Shown here: positions 48,153 through 58,800 of the stretch, piece by piece | Layout of the letters: each line of letters starts with the position of its first letter | How positions within the stretch are numbered: position 1 is the first letter of the stretch | NCBI GenBank assembly: GCA_965223845.1 | Contig: CBDCXR010000004.1 | Coordinates: forward strand, 3,872,001 to 3,936,000 | Direction: 5' to 3' | From: Planctomycetota bacterium | GTDB taxonomy: Bacteria; Planctomycetota; UBA8108; SXIK01 | DNA: 64,000 nt | The notes under the pieces: generated by a model | The model's input: only the letters and a program-made list of their open reading frames with translations | Databases searched by the model: none | What the model was told of the DNA's origin: nothing | Translations under genes and position numbers: made by a program

Positions 48153-49682
48153 TCAACTCGACTCGCGGGCGGCGAAGAATCGTCCGTACACCTCTGAGGA
48201 CGGCGCTGCGGTAGCGAGGCTTACAAAGATGAGCGCCGCGATCGAGAGTCCGGCGGCTGGATAGGTGGGCTCCGAGAGGAACGGTCCCCACTCCGACACC
48301 TTGATCCCCTCGATCCGCGGGAGAACGAACGCCCAGACGAGCGTCACGATCGTCCCGGCGAGGATGGACGCGACCGCCCCCGCGGCCGTGGCTCGCTTCC
48401 ACAAGAACGCGGCAAGCAACGCGGGCGCGATCGCCGCCCCGTACACGGTGTACGCCGTCACCGCGGCTTCGAGCACGGTCTCGAACTCTTGGACGAGCAG
48501 ATACGCGATCCCCGCGAGCACCAGGATGAGCACACGCGTGAGACCGACGAGGAAGCGCTCCGAAGCGCCCGGACGAAGAACCTGGTACACGTCTCGCGTG
48601 AGATTCGTCGCGGGAATCAAGAGGAACGAGTCCGCCGTCGACACGGCGATCGCCATCATCGTCGCCACGAGAACGAGACCGATGACCTTGGGCATGAACG
48701 TCGCCGTCGCGACGACGGGGATGATGTTCTCAGTTGCATCTGGTGCCAGAACGATCTTCTCCTGCTCGACCGCAACGCTGCCGACGAGACCGAAGACATT
48801 GATCGCGCCCTCGAGCAGAACGACACCGATCACCCAGAAGAACACCGCCTTCCGCGCGGATCCGCCGTCTTTCGCGCTGAAGATTCGCTGATACATATTG
48901 GCGTCGCCGAGGAGGAGCAGCATCGTTGGAATGAGAAATGCGAACGCGATCGCCGGTGCTTCGCCCGGAGTCGCGCCGTCCACTTCGGCGTGCCAGTGCC
49001 CGAACAGCGTCCATTTCCCGGCGGCTTCGGCGGACTGAACCACGGTCTCCGCTCCGCCGACCTCCGCGAGCAAGAATCCGAGGCCGAGAAAGACGCCGAT
49101 CATCATGATGACACCGTTCACGACGTCCGTATAGACGACCGAGAGCATACCCGCGAGAACCGTATAGAGCGTCGCGAACACCGCCGTGATCACGATCCCG
49201 TTCGCGACCGAGATGTCGCCGTCCGTGATGATGTTGAGGATCCGACCGCCGCCCTTGAACTGATAGGAGACGATCGTCAGGTACGCGATCACGGTCGTCA
49301 CCGTCGCGAGCGACGCCGCGAGGTTGCCGTAGCGTGCACGGAAAATATCCGGAACAGTTACGCCGCCGAGATTCCGTATGCGTTTCGCGATGAAGAAAAT
49401 AAAAACGATGCCGACCCACGCACCCGCGTTCATCCAGAGTCCGGACAGACCGTTCCGAAAGCCGAGCCCCGCCCCGCTGAAGAGCGAACCCGTCCCCATC
49501 CACGTCGCGAGCAACGTTCCGACGAGCACGAACCAGGGAAGTCGGCGCCCCGCGACCATGAAGTCGTCGCTCCCCTTCACGGACTTGGCTTTGTAGGCGC
49601 CGACACCGACGAGAACGAAGAGGTAGAGGAACATCGCGATGATGTAGGGGTTCGTCGCGATGCGGGATAACCAGTCGGGCAT
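48153..49682 (-). CDS. Sodium:solute symporter family protein
   Basis: DFMVAGRRLP, TLLATW, AGMLSVVYTD, YQRIFSAK and STADS motifs; multi-TM. Confidence 0.9.
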   Translation of the reverse strand: MPDWLSRIATNPYIIAMFLYLFVLVGVGAYKAKSVKGSDDFMVAGRRLPWFVLVGTLLATWMGTGSLFSGAGLGFRNGLSGLWMNAGAWVGIVFIFFIAKRIRNLGGVTVPDIFRARYGNLAASLATVTTVIAYLTIVSYQFKGGGRILNIITDGDISVANGIVITAVFATLYTVLAGMLSVVYTDVVNGVIMMIGVFLGLGFLLAEVGGAETVVQSAEAAGKWTLFGHWHAEVDGATPGEAPAIAFAFLIPTMLLLLGDANMYQRIFSAKDGGSARKAVFFWVIGVVLLEGAINVFGLVGSVAVEQEKIVLAPDATENIIPVVATATFMPKVIGLVLVATMMAIAVSTADSFLLIPATNLTRDVYQVLRPGASERFLVGLTRVLILVLAGIAYLLVQEFETVLEAAVTAYTVYGAAIAPALLAAFLWKRATAAGAVASILAGTIVTLVWAFVLPRIEGIKVSEWGPFLSEPTYPAAGLSIAALIFVSLATAAPSSEVYGRFFAARESS

Positions 49683-49765
49683 CGAAGCCTCCGGTCTCGT
49701 AGTGCGGTGAGGAACGAGCCGACGAGTGTATCCGCGGCGGGAGCGTCGCACCAGGTGGCGGAAAA

Positions 49766-50506
49766 TCAGTGCGAGCTCGTCCTCGCCAGATCCTTGGGCA
49801 AGAGCGAGCCATCGTGGAGCGCAGTGCCGATCAGAGCTCCCTTCGCGCCGGCGCGCTCGAGAAGATCGAGGTCGCGCGGGGAGCGAACTCCCCCACCGGT
49901 AGAGATCTCTATCTCGGGATGCCGGATCGAGAGCGCTTCGACGAGATCGAGACTCGCGGGCCCAGACCGAGTTCCGACCGCGGCGAGATCCAAGACGATG
50001 ATCCTCCGGTAACCCACGCTCTCGGCAACGGCCACGAGCTCGGCCGGATCGGTCGTCGGCCAGCTCGATCCCTGAGCGAGCGCCCGGCCCGCGCGAAGAT
50101 CGAGACTGAAGATCGCGCGCTCGCGGCCGATCGCCTCGACGACGCTCGCGAGTTCGTCCGGCCCGCGAGCCGTCTCGAGCGCTACGATCACCGCCGTCAC
50201 ACCCGCGTCGAGTTGCCGCCGGGCGCACGCCGCCGTCCGCACGCCGGCGTCGACCATCAGCTGGAAGCCGTTGTCGATGAGCTCGTCGATCGCCGCGCTC
50301 GGATCGGCGCCGCCGGTGAGCGCATCGAGATCGGCTACGTACAGGGAATCGAGGCGGTAGCGATCGCGAATCGCGAGCGCGACGTCGAGAGGACGCGAGC
50401 TCGCGACGAGCTCGCTCGCGAGCGGCTGGTAGCGTTCGCGTTCGCCGCGAACCGCATGGACGGCGATTCCGCCGCGAAGATCGAGGACGGGGTACACTCT
50501 GAGCAT
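49766..50506 (-). CDS. HisA/HisF-related TIM-barrel protein (Orf17 of H4MPT clusters)
   Basis: PVLDLRGGIAVHAVRGERERYQP, LYVADLDA, FSLDL, LDLAAVG, GGGVR and GTALH motifs. Confidence 0.85.
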   Translation of the reverse strand: MLRVYPVLDLRGGIAVHAVRGERERYQPLASELVASSRPLDVALAIRDRYRLDSLYVADLDALTGGADPSAAIDELIDNGFQLMVDAGVRTAACARRQLDAGVTAVIVALETARGPDELASVVEAIGRERAIFSLDLRAGRALAQGSSWPTTDPAELVAVAESVGYRRIIVLDLAAVGTRSGPASLDLVEALSIRHPEIEISTGGGVRSPRDLDLLERAGAKGALIGTALHDGSLLPKDLARTSSH

Positions 50507-50640
50507 CGAGCCGCGAGAGTAACCCGTAGGCCTAACTCGTTCTACTTCGCGCCGTGCGAATCCGGAGTTCCGGGTGAGTCTCCCTCCCGTGCCTCGCGCG
50601 GCATTGGCCGAGAGCGGCGAAAGCTCGTATCCTCTCGGCC

Positions 50641-51726
50641 ATGCGCGTTCATATCTTCGAGCACGTCTGCGGCGGCGGAATGGCACGCGAGAGTCGCCCC
50701 GTCTCGCTCGCCGCGGAAGGACGAGCGATGCTCACGGCGATCATTCGTGATTTCGCCCGCGTCCCCGGCGCGGCGGTCGCGACGACGATGGATAGGCGCG
50801 AGCTCAGTTCCTCGTTCGAGACCGCGGCCCCGTCTGTCGCCGTCCACCCGGTCGCCGATGCGGCGGAGGCTCGCTCGAGATTCGACGAGCTAGCTGCTGA
50901 GAGCGATGCCTCGATCGTCATCGCCCCCGAGACGGACGGAACCCTCGAATCGTGGATCGGGCGACTCGACGCCCTTGGCACCCGGAACCTCGGCAGCTCG
51001 CGCGCGGCGATCGCGCTCGCGAGCGACAAGATCGCAACACACGAACGCCTCGCCGCCGCGGGGATTCCGTCCGTTCCGAGCGTGCCGCTCGGTCGACAGA
51101 TACCGCCATTTCCGCCGCCGTGGATCGTCAAGCCGAGGGACGGCGCGGGCTGCGTCTCGACGCGAGTCGTCCGCACCGCGCGAGAGTTAAGGTCGATCGC
51201 TCGAGGACGAGGGCTCGTGTTGACGCCGTTCGTACCCGGCGTCTCCGCGAGCGTCTCCGTCCTCTGTGGAAGCGCGGCGACGGTCCCACTCGTTCCCGGT
51301 GAGCAATTCATTCGCGGTGAGCGGGAGCTCACCTACGCGGGCGGCCGGCTTCCGCTTCCGCCTCCTCTCGCGCGCCGCGCCTCCGATCTCGCGTGCTCCG
51401 CTGCGGCGAGCATCGCCGGGCTCCGCGGATTCATCGGCGTCGATCTCGTTCTCGGCGACGAGGACCGCGTCATCGAAGTGAACCCGCGCGTCACGACGTC
51501 TTACGTCGCTCTCCGCGAGCTTGCGCACGCGAACCTCGCGGCGGCTTGGCTCGCGCTGGACCGCGGCGAATCGCCGGACCTCGACTGGCGTGATGATCGC
51601 ATCCGCTTCACTCACGAAGGCGAGATCGAATTCGAATTCGGACCCGAGCGCGAGCGCACCGAGCTCCTCGCGACCCCGGGCACTCGGCTCGATTCGTCCC
51701 GGTGGCAAGTCGGCAATCCGAGGTAG
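50641..51726 (+). CDS. ATP-grasp ligase, MfnD/OrfY-like (tyramine--glutamate ligase family)
   Basis: FEHVCGGG, EGRAML, IAPETDG, KPRDGAG, GFIGVDL and IEVNPRVTTSY motifs. Confidence 0.85.
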   Translation: MRVHIFEHVCGGGMARESRPVSLAAEGRAMLTAIIRDFARVPGAAVATTMDRRELSSSFETAAPSVAVHPVADAAEARSRFDELAAESDASIVIAPETDGTLESWIGRLDALGTRNLGSSRAAIALASDKIATHERLAAAGIPSVPSVPLGRQIPPFPPPWIVKPRDGAGCVSTRVVRTARELRSIARGRGLVLTPFVPGVSASVSVLCGSAATVPLVPGEQFIRGERELTYAGGRLPLPPPLARRASDLACSAAASIAGLRGFIGVDLVLGDEDRVIEVNPRVTTSYVALRELAHANLAAAWLALDRGESPDLDWRDDRIRFTHEGEIEFEFGPERERTELLATPGTRLDSSRWQVGNPR

Positions 51727-51728
51727 TC

Positions 51729-52769
51729 GTGCACGTCTCGGCGCTCGATATCGGTGGAGCGAACATCAAGTACGCCGGCGGAGATGGGACGACGGAAACG
51801 CGGGCGTTCGCGCTGTGGAAGAAACCCGAAGCGCTCGAGGAAACGCTGCGCTCGATCCTACGAACAAAACCACCGTCCGAGACCCTCGCGATCACGATGA
51901 CGGGCGAGCTCTGCGACTGCTACCCGTCGAAAGCCGAGGGCGTCCGCGCGATCGTCAAGGCCGCCGTCAACGCGATGAAGGTATGGCGACGAACGCCGAC
52001 GATTCGCGTGTGGACGGTCGACGCGACACTCGAAACACCGGATTCGGTACTCGCGTCACCCGAGCTCGCCGCGGCCGCGAATTGGCTCGCGCTCGCCGAG
52101 TTTGCGGCGCAGATCGCGGACTCTCGGCCCGGAATTCTCATCGACGTCGGATCGACCACCACCGACCTCGTTCCCTTCGGAGGTGGCAAGGCAACTCCCC
52201 GCGGGAAAACGGACCCTGAACGCCTACTCGCGCGCGAGCTCGTCTATTCCGGGGTAGAGCGAACTCCTATCGCGATGACGGTCCGAGCTCTCCCCTACCG
52301 CGGCCGCGATTGTCCGGTGGCTCGCGAAGTCTTCGCGACGACGATCGACGCCTACCTCGTTCTCGGTTTGACGCGAGAGCAAGCGGTGTCGTCCTCGACC
52401 GCGGACGGACACGCAGCGACAAAGGCGGCAGCGCGCGTGCGGCTCGCTCGAATGGTTTGCGCCGACGAGACGACGTTCTCTGCCGACGATGCGATGCGAG
52501 CCGCGAACGTGATCTACGGCGCACAACGCGCGGAGATCGCTCGAGCGCTCGAAGTGGTCCAAGCCGGCTCGGCGAAGCCGGCGCAGATCGCGGTGACGGC
52601 GGGAAGCGGCGAGTTTCTCGCCCGAAGGATCGCGGAGGAAGCTGGACTTCGGGTCATCTCGATCGGTGAACGCTACGGCGAACCGGCCGCCGAGGCTGCC
52701 TGCGCGTTCGCGTTGGCGATGCTCGCGGGCGATGCGGTGTCGGAACGCCGACCCGCCCAGCGGTCGTAG
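51729..52769 (+). CDS. Hydantoinase/oxoprolinase-family protein, MfnF/Orf9-like
   Basis: LDIGGANIK, ITMTGELCDC, AAANW, IDVGSTTTD, LVYSGVERTP and RLARMVCAD motifs. Confidence 0.88.
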   Translation: MHVSALDIGGANIKYAGGDGTTETRAFALWKKPEALEETLRSILRTKPPSETLAITMTGELCDCYPSKAEGVRAIVKAAVNAMKVWRRTPTIRVWTVDATLETPDSVLASPELAAAANWLALAEFAAQIADSRPGILIDVGSTTTDLVPFGGGKATPRGKTDPERLLARELVYSGVERTPIAMTVRALPYRGRDCPVAREVFATTIDAYLVLGLTREQAVSSSTADGHAATKAAARVRLARMVCADETTFSADDAMRAANVIYGAQRAEIARALEVVQAGSAKPAQIAVTAGSGEFLARRIAEEAGLRVISIGERYGEPAAEAACAFALAMLAGDAVSERRPAQRS

Positions 52770-53320
52770 AGCGCGAAGAGACATTCGCGCAGGTCACCGC
52801 CGTGCGCGCGGTAGAGAGCGACGAGCTCGCGCCGGGGGAGGGAATCCGACCCCCCGAGGAGACGCGCGACCAGTGCCTCGAGAAGTTCCACGGAAGTCTC
52901 GGGCTCGATCAGAGTCGGAAGTAGGCCTCGGCGGTGTGTCGTGATGACGAGGCCGGAGTTCGCTCGCGAGCGTCGCGAGATCGTTTGCCAGGCGAATCGC
53001 GAAAGCAGATCCGCCCCGTCGACAACGATGACCGCGTCGCGCGGCGCCGAACGGAGCCACGCTCGACACTCGCGGACGCCGGGGCGAGGCTCGTCCGCGC
53101 AGAGCCGCATCGCGTGCGTCGCGAAGCCGCGGCGTTCGAGCTCACCGGTGATGCGGCGGAGGAGCGTCGACTTTCCGCTTCCGTGAGGGCCTGCGATCTC
53201 CGCGCGAAGTCCGAACCGGTCGAGCCGCGCGAGAATCTCCGGCCACGAATCCCCCACCGGCGTCAGAAACTCGATCGCCCCCACCTCTGAGATGCGAAAG
53301 GGATTGTCGCGAGCCCTCAC
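52673..53320 (-). CDS. Small P-loop NTPase (AAA+-like) hypothetical protein
   Basis: NPF N-terminus; Walker A GPHGSGKS; Walker B-like IVVDGAD; LVITTH; GDLRECLFALYD; GTGA overlap with the upstream gene. Confidence 0.75.
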   Translation of the reverse strand: MRARDNPFRISEVGAIEFLTPVGDSWPEILARLDRFGLRAEIAGPHGSGKSTLLRRITGELERRGFATHAMRLCADEPRPGVRECRAWLRSAPRDAVIVVDGADLLSRFAWQTISRRSRANSGLVITTHRRGLLPTLIEPETSVELLEALVARLLGGSDSLPRRELVALYRAHGGDLRECLFALYDRWAGRRSDTASPASIANANAQAASAAGSP

Positions 53321-53700
53321 GTCGAATCCGACACCGCAACGGACGGCAGCTCGACCTCCCCGTTCGGCCCGAGAACGAATCTCTCGATCGCCGCGTCCTC
53401 CGCCGGGAGCACGATGAGCTCGATCGCCCACACGATTGAAATCAGCCGGCCGGAGTAGCTGTAGGGGCAAGGCGGGAGCTCGAACTCGAACTCGCAGCTA
53501 CCGACCCGTTCGGTGGTCTCGAAGCGTTTCGCCTCGACGAGTCCGACGTCGCGATTCCCGCGTCCTTCGGTGAACCAAAAGAGTCGCACCTCGACGCCGC
53601 GAGGCTCCGCATCGAGCGACCAGCTCGCCTCGCCGCCGAGGACCTCGCCCGGACGCCAAAAGTCGCGCGACTCGCGCAGCGAAATATCGAGAGTCCTCAC
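53317..53700 (-). CDS. Hypothetical protein, arrestin-N/SpoOM-like beta-sandwich (inferred)
   Basis: PGEVLGG, VRLFWFTEGRG and FELPPCPYSYSGRLISIVW; GTGA-coupled on both sides. This is the 3' part of ORF 53317..54513. Confidence 0.7.
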   Translation of the reverse strand: MRTLDISLRESRDFWRPGEVLGGEASWSLDAEPRGVEVRLFWFTEGRGNRDVGLVEAKRFETTERVGSCEFEFELPPCPYSYSGRLISIVWAIELIVLPAEDAAIERFVLGPNGEVELPSVAVSDST

Positions 53701-54935
53701 AGCATCTCCTCGGAAGACAGGCCGTCGGTCACCGCACCCGGCGCCGCTTTCGACGCAGGAAGCCCCGGCGGAAGCACGACGAACTCGAACTTCTCGTCGA
53801 TGTCCGGCCAGCGACGGATTTCCGCGGTGAGATGCAGCCGCCAGCGAATCTTGTTCGACCGCGCGCTGAAACTGTGCATCGCGTCGGCGGGGATTTCGAT
53901 CGAGTCGGCACCGATCGGAATCACGTTCGGATCCGTCGAATCGACGATGTCGATCACCGAGAACAGATCTCGGTCTCGCGCCGTGTTCGTGCCTTGACGG
54001 TACGTCGCCTCCTCCTCGCCTTCGATCCGAATCCACAACCGGGCGATGCGCTCGGTCCGCCCGCGGAACTCCCAGCCGACATCGAGCCGATCGCCCGGCT
54101 CGACGGCTCCGCTGTTCACCATGATCGTCACCCTCGGATTGAAGAACCCGAGCAGCTCGTGAAGGAAAAAAACGATCAGAACGAGACCGACCAATCCAAA
54201 CGGCACCATGAAGAGGCGGACGAACCAGCCCCCTTCGCTGATGACGACAAACGCGACGAATGTATTGAGACCTCCGGCGACGAGGAAGAGGACGAAGAGC
54301 CGCTGAAGCGGTCGACTCGTCGGAGTGAGCGTGATCGACTCGCCGGGCTTCGAATAGGCCGGAAGTCCGAGCGAGGCGAGGTCTCGCCGGCCTTCGCCCT
54401 CGAGCTCGGCGACGCGCTCGAGGCGATGGGTCCGCCGGCGGTGCGCCCGCACGGCGAACACCATCCCGCCGATGCCGATGACGACGAAGACGAGCGGGAT
54501 GAGGGCGAACCACGCGTCCGGGCTGAGCTCACGCCGAATCACAGCCTCGGCCGGGGACGCCGGATTGACGTAGCAAACCGTCTTCGATCCGACCGGAAGC
54601 GAACGCACGACCTCTTCGCGCCAATCGCGAAGCGAGCTCGACCCCTGCTCGAACGAATAGCGCGTCGACTGGTAGGTCGTCCCGTCGTAGGTGTACTCGT
54701 ATTCGAGCTCGATCGAGTAGGACGTCCCTTCCCCGTCGTGGCTCGTCGCGAGGCCGCTGCGCAGGATCTCACACGACCGCTCGACCCACGATTGCGCCGC
54801 TCGACCCTGGAAGTACGGCACCCCGAAGAGAATGGCGCCCACACCGCCACCCGCGAGCGCGAAAACGAGGAAAAAAACGAGCAGGCATCCGACTCCGCCG
54901 GGCCCGAACGATCGCCTGGAGATGGGTTTGGGCAT
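53697..54935 (-). CDS. DUF3592-domain membrane protein with a C-terminal beta-sandwich
   Basis: TM; W...CEILRS, YEYTYDGTTYQS and VCYVNPASPAEAV (DUF3592); three more TMs; MHSF...KIRWRL tail. Confidence 0.78.
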   Translation of the reverse strand: MPKPISRRSFGPGGVGCLLVFFLVFALAGGGVGAILFGVPYFQGRAAQSWVERSCEILRSGLATSHDGEGTSYSIELEYEYTYDGTTYQSTRYSFEQGSSSLRDWREEVVRSLPVGSKTVCYVNPASPAEAVIRRELSPDAWFALIPLVFVVIGIGGMVFAVRAHRRRTHRLERVAELEGEGRRDLASLGLPAYSKPGESITLTPTSRPLQRLFVLFLVAGGLNTFVAFVVISEGGWFVRLFMVPFGLVGLVLIVFFLHELLGFFNPRVTIMVNSGAVEPGDRLDVGWEFRGRTERIARLWIRIEGEEEATYRQGTNTARDRDLFSVIDIVDSTDPNVIPIGADSIEIPADAMHSFSARSNKIRWRLHLTAEIRRWPDIDEKFEFVVLPPGLPASKAAPGAVTDGLSSEEML

Positions 54936-55160
54936 GGGTGGAGGAGTTCGAGCCTCGACGGCGAGTGGAACGGTCGCGAACAGCGGATCGAGGGGCTATC
55001 CAACCCAAAAGTACGGTGGATGGAAACCCGAAACTGCGGACCGGTCACCGCGGCTACGGGCCGCACCGACGCGCCGTCGACCGACAGAATCGCTGCCGCG
55101 AGGGACGGCGGTTTCGATAGAATCGCGCCTCTCCCCACTCGTACAAACTGAACCTCTCCG

Positions 55161-55796
55161 TTGAATCCGACGCCCTCTACCGTCCGTGTGGCCTCCGTCA
55201 TCAAGTGCGGCGGCAGCCTCTTCGATCTCGCCGATCTACCGGATCGACTCGAAACGGTGCTCGGAGATTCACCGAGTCGATCGCTCCTCATCTGCGGCGG
55301 CGGCCCGACGGCGAATCTCGTGCGCACGTGGGATCGATCGTTCACGATCGGCGAGGAGCCTTCCCACTGGCTCGCGCTCCGCGCTCTCTCCTTCAATTCG
55401 CACGCGCTGGGCGAAGCCGTCGATCGCCTCGAGTACGCGGGTCGACCGGACGAGTTCGAAGCGATCTGGACGCGCGGCGCGATTCCGGTCTACGATTCGC
55501 ACCGCTTCATCGCCGAAATCGACGAAACAAGCCGTACACCGCTTCCGCGGCGATGGCGCGTCACGAGTGATTCGATCGCGGCGCGCATCGCCGAGCTCTT
55601 CTCGGCACGCGAGCTCATCCTCCTCAAGTCGACGGGCATCCCGCCGGGCACGTCATCGGCCGAAGCCGCCGAACGCGGACTCGTCGACGAGCACTTCCCG
55701 CTCGCTGCTCACTCGCTGACGCGGGTCCTCTGGACCGACCTCCGCTCCGATCCGGGAACGCGCGTAGAGCTAGACTGCGGGAGAGATACGCACTAG
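55161..55796 (+). CDS. Amino-acid-kinase family protein, MfnE/Orf21-like
   Basis: VIKCGGSL, GGGPTANLVR, SHWLA, WRVTSDSIAA, LILLKS and GLVDEHFP motifs. Confidence 0.85.
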   Translation: MNPTPSTVRVASVIKCGGSLFDLADLPDRLETVLGDSPSRSLLICGGGPTANLVRTWDRSFTIGEEPSHWLALRALSFNSHALGEAVDRLEYAGRPDEFEAIWTRGAIPVYDSHRFIAEIDETSRTPLPRRWRVTSDSIAARIAELFSARELILLKSTGIPPGTSSAEAAERGLVDEHFPLAAHSLTRVLWTDLRSDPGTRVELDCGRDTH

Positions 55797-55870
55797 GCGC
55801 GCGATCCAAAAACACGTTCGAGGACTCAAACCGGCGAGTCCGCGGTCAGACCACCACCCGCGAAAGAAGC

Positions 55871-58800
55871 TCAGTGCTCCGCCTTCGGTTTCGCCGCCCC
55901 GAGCGATCGAATTGCCGCGATGAGATCGGCCATGTCCTGAAGCGCGATGTCTTTTTCGAGACCGTCCGGCATCAGCGACAGGCCCGAGCTCGTCAGACTC
56001 TCCAGGCTCGAGCGGAGGACCGTCTCCTCGATTCCCTCGGCACGCCGCAGCGTCACGCTCGCTGCCGTTTCGCGAACGATGACTCCGCTCAGGGTGTCTC
56101 CCGCATCCGTCACCGCAACGTAGCTCGCGTACGGCGCCGCGACTTCGCGGTTCGGGTCGAGGATGTGAAGGATCAGCTCGTCGGGAGTGCGATGCGCCGC
56201 CGTCTCGAGATCGGGGCCGACGCTCTTTCCCTCACCCCCGAGACGGTGACAAGTCGCGCACACGCGACGGAAGACTTGAGATCCCGCTTCCTTCCGCCCT
56301 TCCCGCGCGAGAGCGGCGCGGTAACGAGCGACAACGGCCGCCCGATCGCCGGTGGTGCTCGCAGGTAGAATCCGCGCCGCGCGCTCGCGAAGTGAGGGTT
56401 CAGAATGCTCGAGAAGCTGCTTTCGACGCGCAGGATCTAGATCGCTCGGCGCGATGTCTCCGCGCTCGACCGCGTCGAGGAACGCCGACGCCCGCGCCGA
56501 ATTCGCGAGCAAGATCTCCGCCGCCTCGCGGCGCACCTCGGGACTGAGTCGAGTCCAGCTCTCACAGAGGATCTCGGCGACGCGAGAGTCGCTCCCGTAG
56601 CCGCGGAGCGAGGTCAGCGCGCGGAGCTGAATCTCGCGCGGCTCGCGCGCTTCGAGAAGCCCCGCGAGGATCTCCATCGAACGCGATGGCGGCGAGACGC
56701 CGAGGAGCTCGATCGAGCGCGCGCGCGCCCGCGGCGAACGGTCGCGATCACGCGCGGTGTTCGCCGCATTCGCGAACACCTTCTCGAGGCGGAACTTGTG
56801 CGCGCTCAGAGGCGACGCCTCGCGGGTCCACTCGCCATCGAATGAACCGGCTCGACGCCGGAGCCCGGATTGGAGTCCGAGGAGAACCGCCTGAGCGAGC
56901 TCGATTCGATCGTTCGTCTGCGCGGCAAGGACGAGGTCGAGCGCGCGCGGGACGACGGCCGCGTCGCGCCGCGCGCCGCTGAGGCGCGCGAGCTCTTCGG
57001 CGAATTCCGCCGCGCCGTCGAAGTCCGGCCCCGAGACGATGCGTTCGAGGAGGAGCGTCGCGACGTCGACTCGTGCGGCCGACGCGATGGCGCTCCGGAG
57101 CCACTCGTCGCGCGCGCCGCTGCCGCGAAAGAGCGCGGCGAGTCGATCGGCGACGCCCTCCGCGCCGAGAGCGGGAGCGGCCTCCCCGAGGCTGAGCGCG
57201 AGCTGCAGCCGAACGCGCGGGTCTTCTTCGGTCGCAAGCGCCGCCGCCGCGGGAAACGACCGCGCGTTCTCGGCGAGACGAATCGCGCTCGCACGGACCA
57301 TCGCCGAAGAATCGCCGAGTGCGAGTCGCAGCGTCGCCTCATCCAGTTCGCCGGAGTGTTCGAGAAGCCAAAGCGCGGCTCGACGAGAGAACGGGGACTT
57401 CGCCCGGATCGCATCGCGCAATCGCGCGACCCACCCGCCGCGCGCGTTCGGGGCGTCGGCGGCGAGTCGCTCCGCGATCCACTTCTGCGCCGTCGTTCGC
57501 CACCAGCCGTCGGCGTGACCGAGGAGCTCGACGGCGTCGGCGTCGCGAGGCCACTCTGCCGCGCGCTTCCGCGCATCGATTCCCGAATTGAGATCGGCAC
57601 TTTCGGCGACGATCCGGTAGATCCGTCCGCGGTCGTCGCCGCTCTTCAGATTGAGGAACTGCTTGATCGACTCCGGGATCGACGCGGGGTGTTCGATCGT
57701 CTCGCGATACATGTCGGCGATGTAGAGAGCACCGTCGGGCCCGTCCGCAAATCCGGTCGGCCGAAACCAATTGTCCGACGACGTCAGAAACTCGCGTCGC
57801 TTCTCGCTCGGAAAGCGTTCCGCCCGGTAGGTCACGCCGCGGGGAACGAGTCGCTTGCGATGGACGAGGTTCCCGCCGACGTCGCCGATGAAGACCGTCC
57901 CGCCGTTTTCGTCGCCCGCCCTGCATTCGGTCCCGAGCGCGGTGCCGCGGTAAACGTGGACACCCGTAGCCGAGGTGAAGAATCCGATCGGGACGAGCTC
58001 GGTCTTGGGCAGACGGCGGCGAAAGTGATCCGAAGACGCCCGCCAACGCGTCCGCACGATCCGCCACGGCTCGGCAGCGCTCCGTCGAAAGACCGGTGCG
58101 GCGTTTCCCTCGACCGCGATGTCGGCGACGACTCTCGCTCCCGAGAGATCGGGATTGCGATCGACGTAGGGACCGTCGAGGACCACGTGACGGATGTGAT
58201 TCGAGTTGCTGCAGACGAACCGCTCACCCAACTCGTTGAGCGTAAGGCCGTGCTGGCCTCCGCGGGGAAGTAGCTCGAGCGCCCACGGGACGCGAGAGGG
58301 GGAGAAGCGCGCGTCGTGTCCGGACAGCGCGATCGTCCCTGACACCGCGCCTTCTCGACCTTCGACGCGCCCGCCGTTCGGACCTCCGGCGAAGTAGATC
58401 CTCCCGTCGGGCGCGTAGACGAGGCTGTTGAGGAGTCCCTGGACGTTCTGAGTTCCGAAGCCCGTCCAGACCACGCGCCGCTCGTCGGCGACACCGTCGC
58501 CGTCCGAGTCGCGAAGGAAGAGGAGATCGGGCGCCGCCGTCACGAAGACGCCGCCGCGCCAACAGAGGAGGCCCGTCGGCCACTGAATGCCCGTCGCGAA
58601 AATGCGACTTCGATCGACCGCGCCGTCGGCGTCGAGATCCTCGAGTAGCCGGATCGATCCCTTCTGGGCGCGCGCGTCCTGCTCGCTCGACTGACCCCGC
58701 CCCGGAAGGAACGGATAGTCTCGCATCTCCGCGACGAACAGCCGGCCGCGCGCGTCGAAGGCGAGCGCGACGGGATCGACGACGTCGGGCTCGGCGGCGA

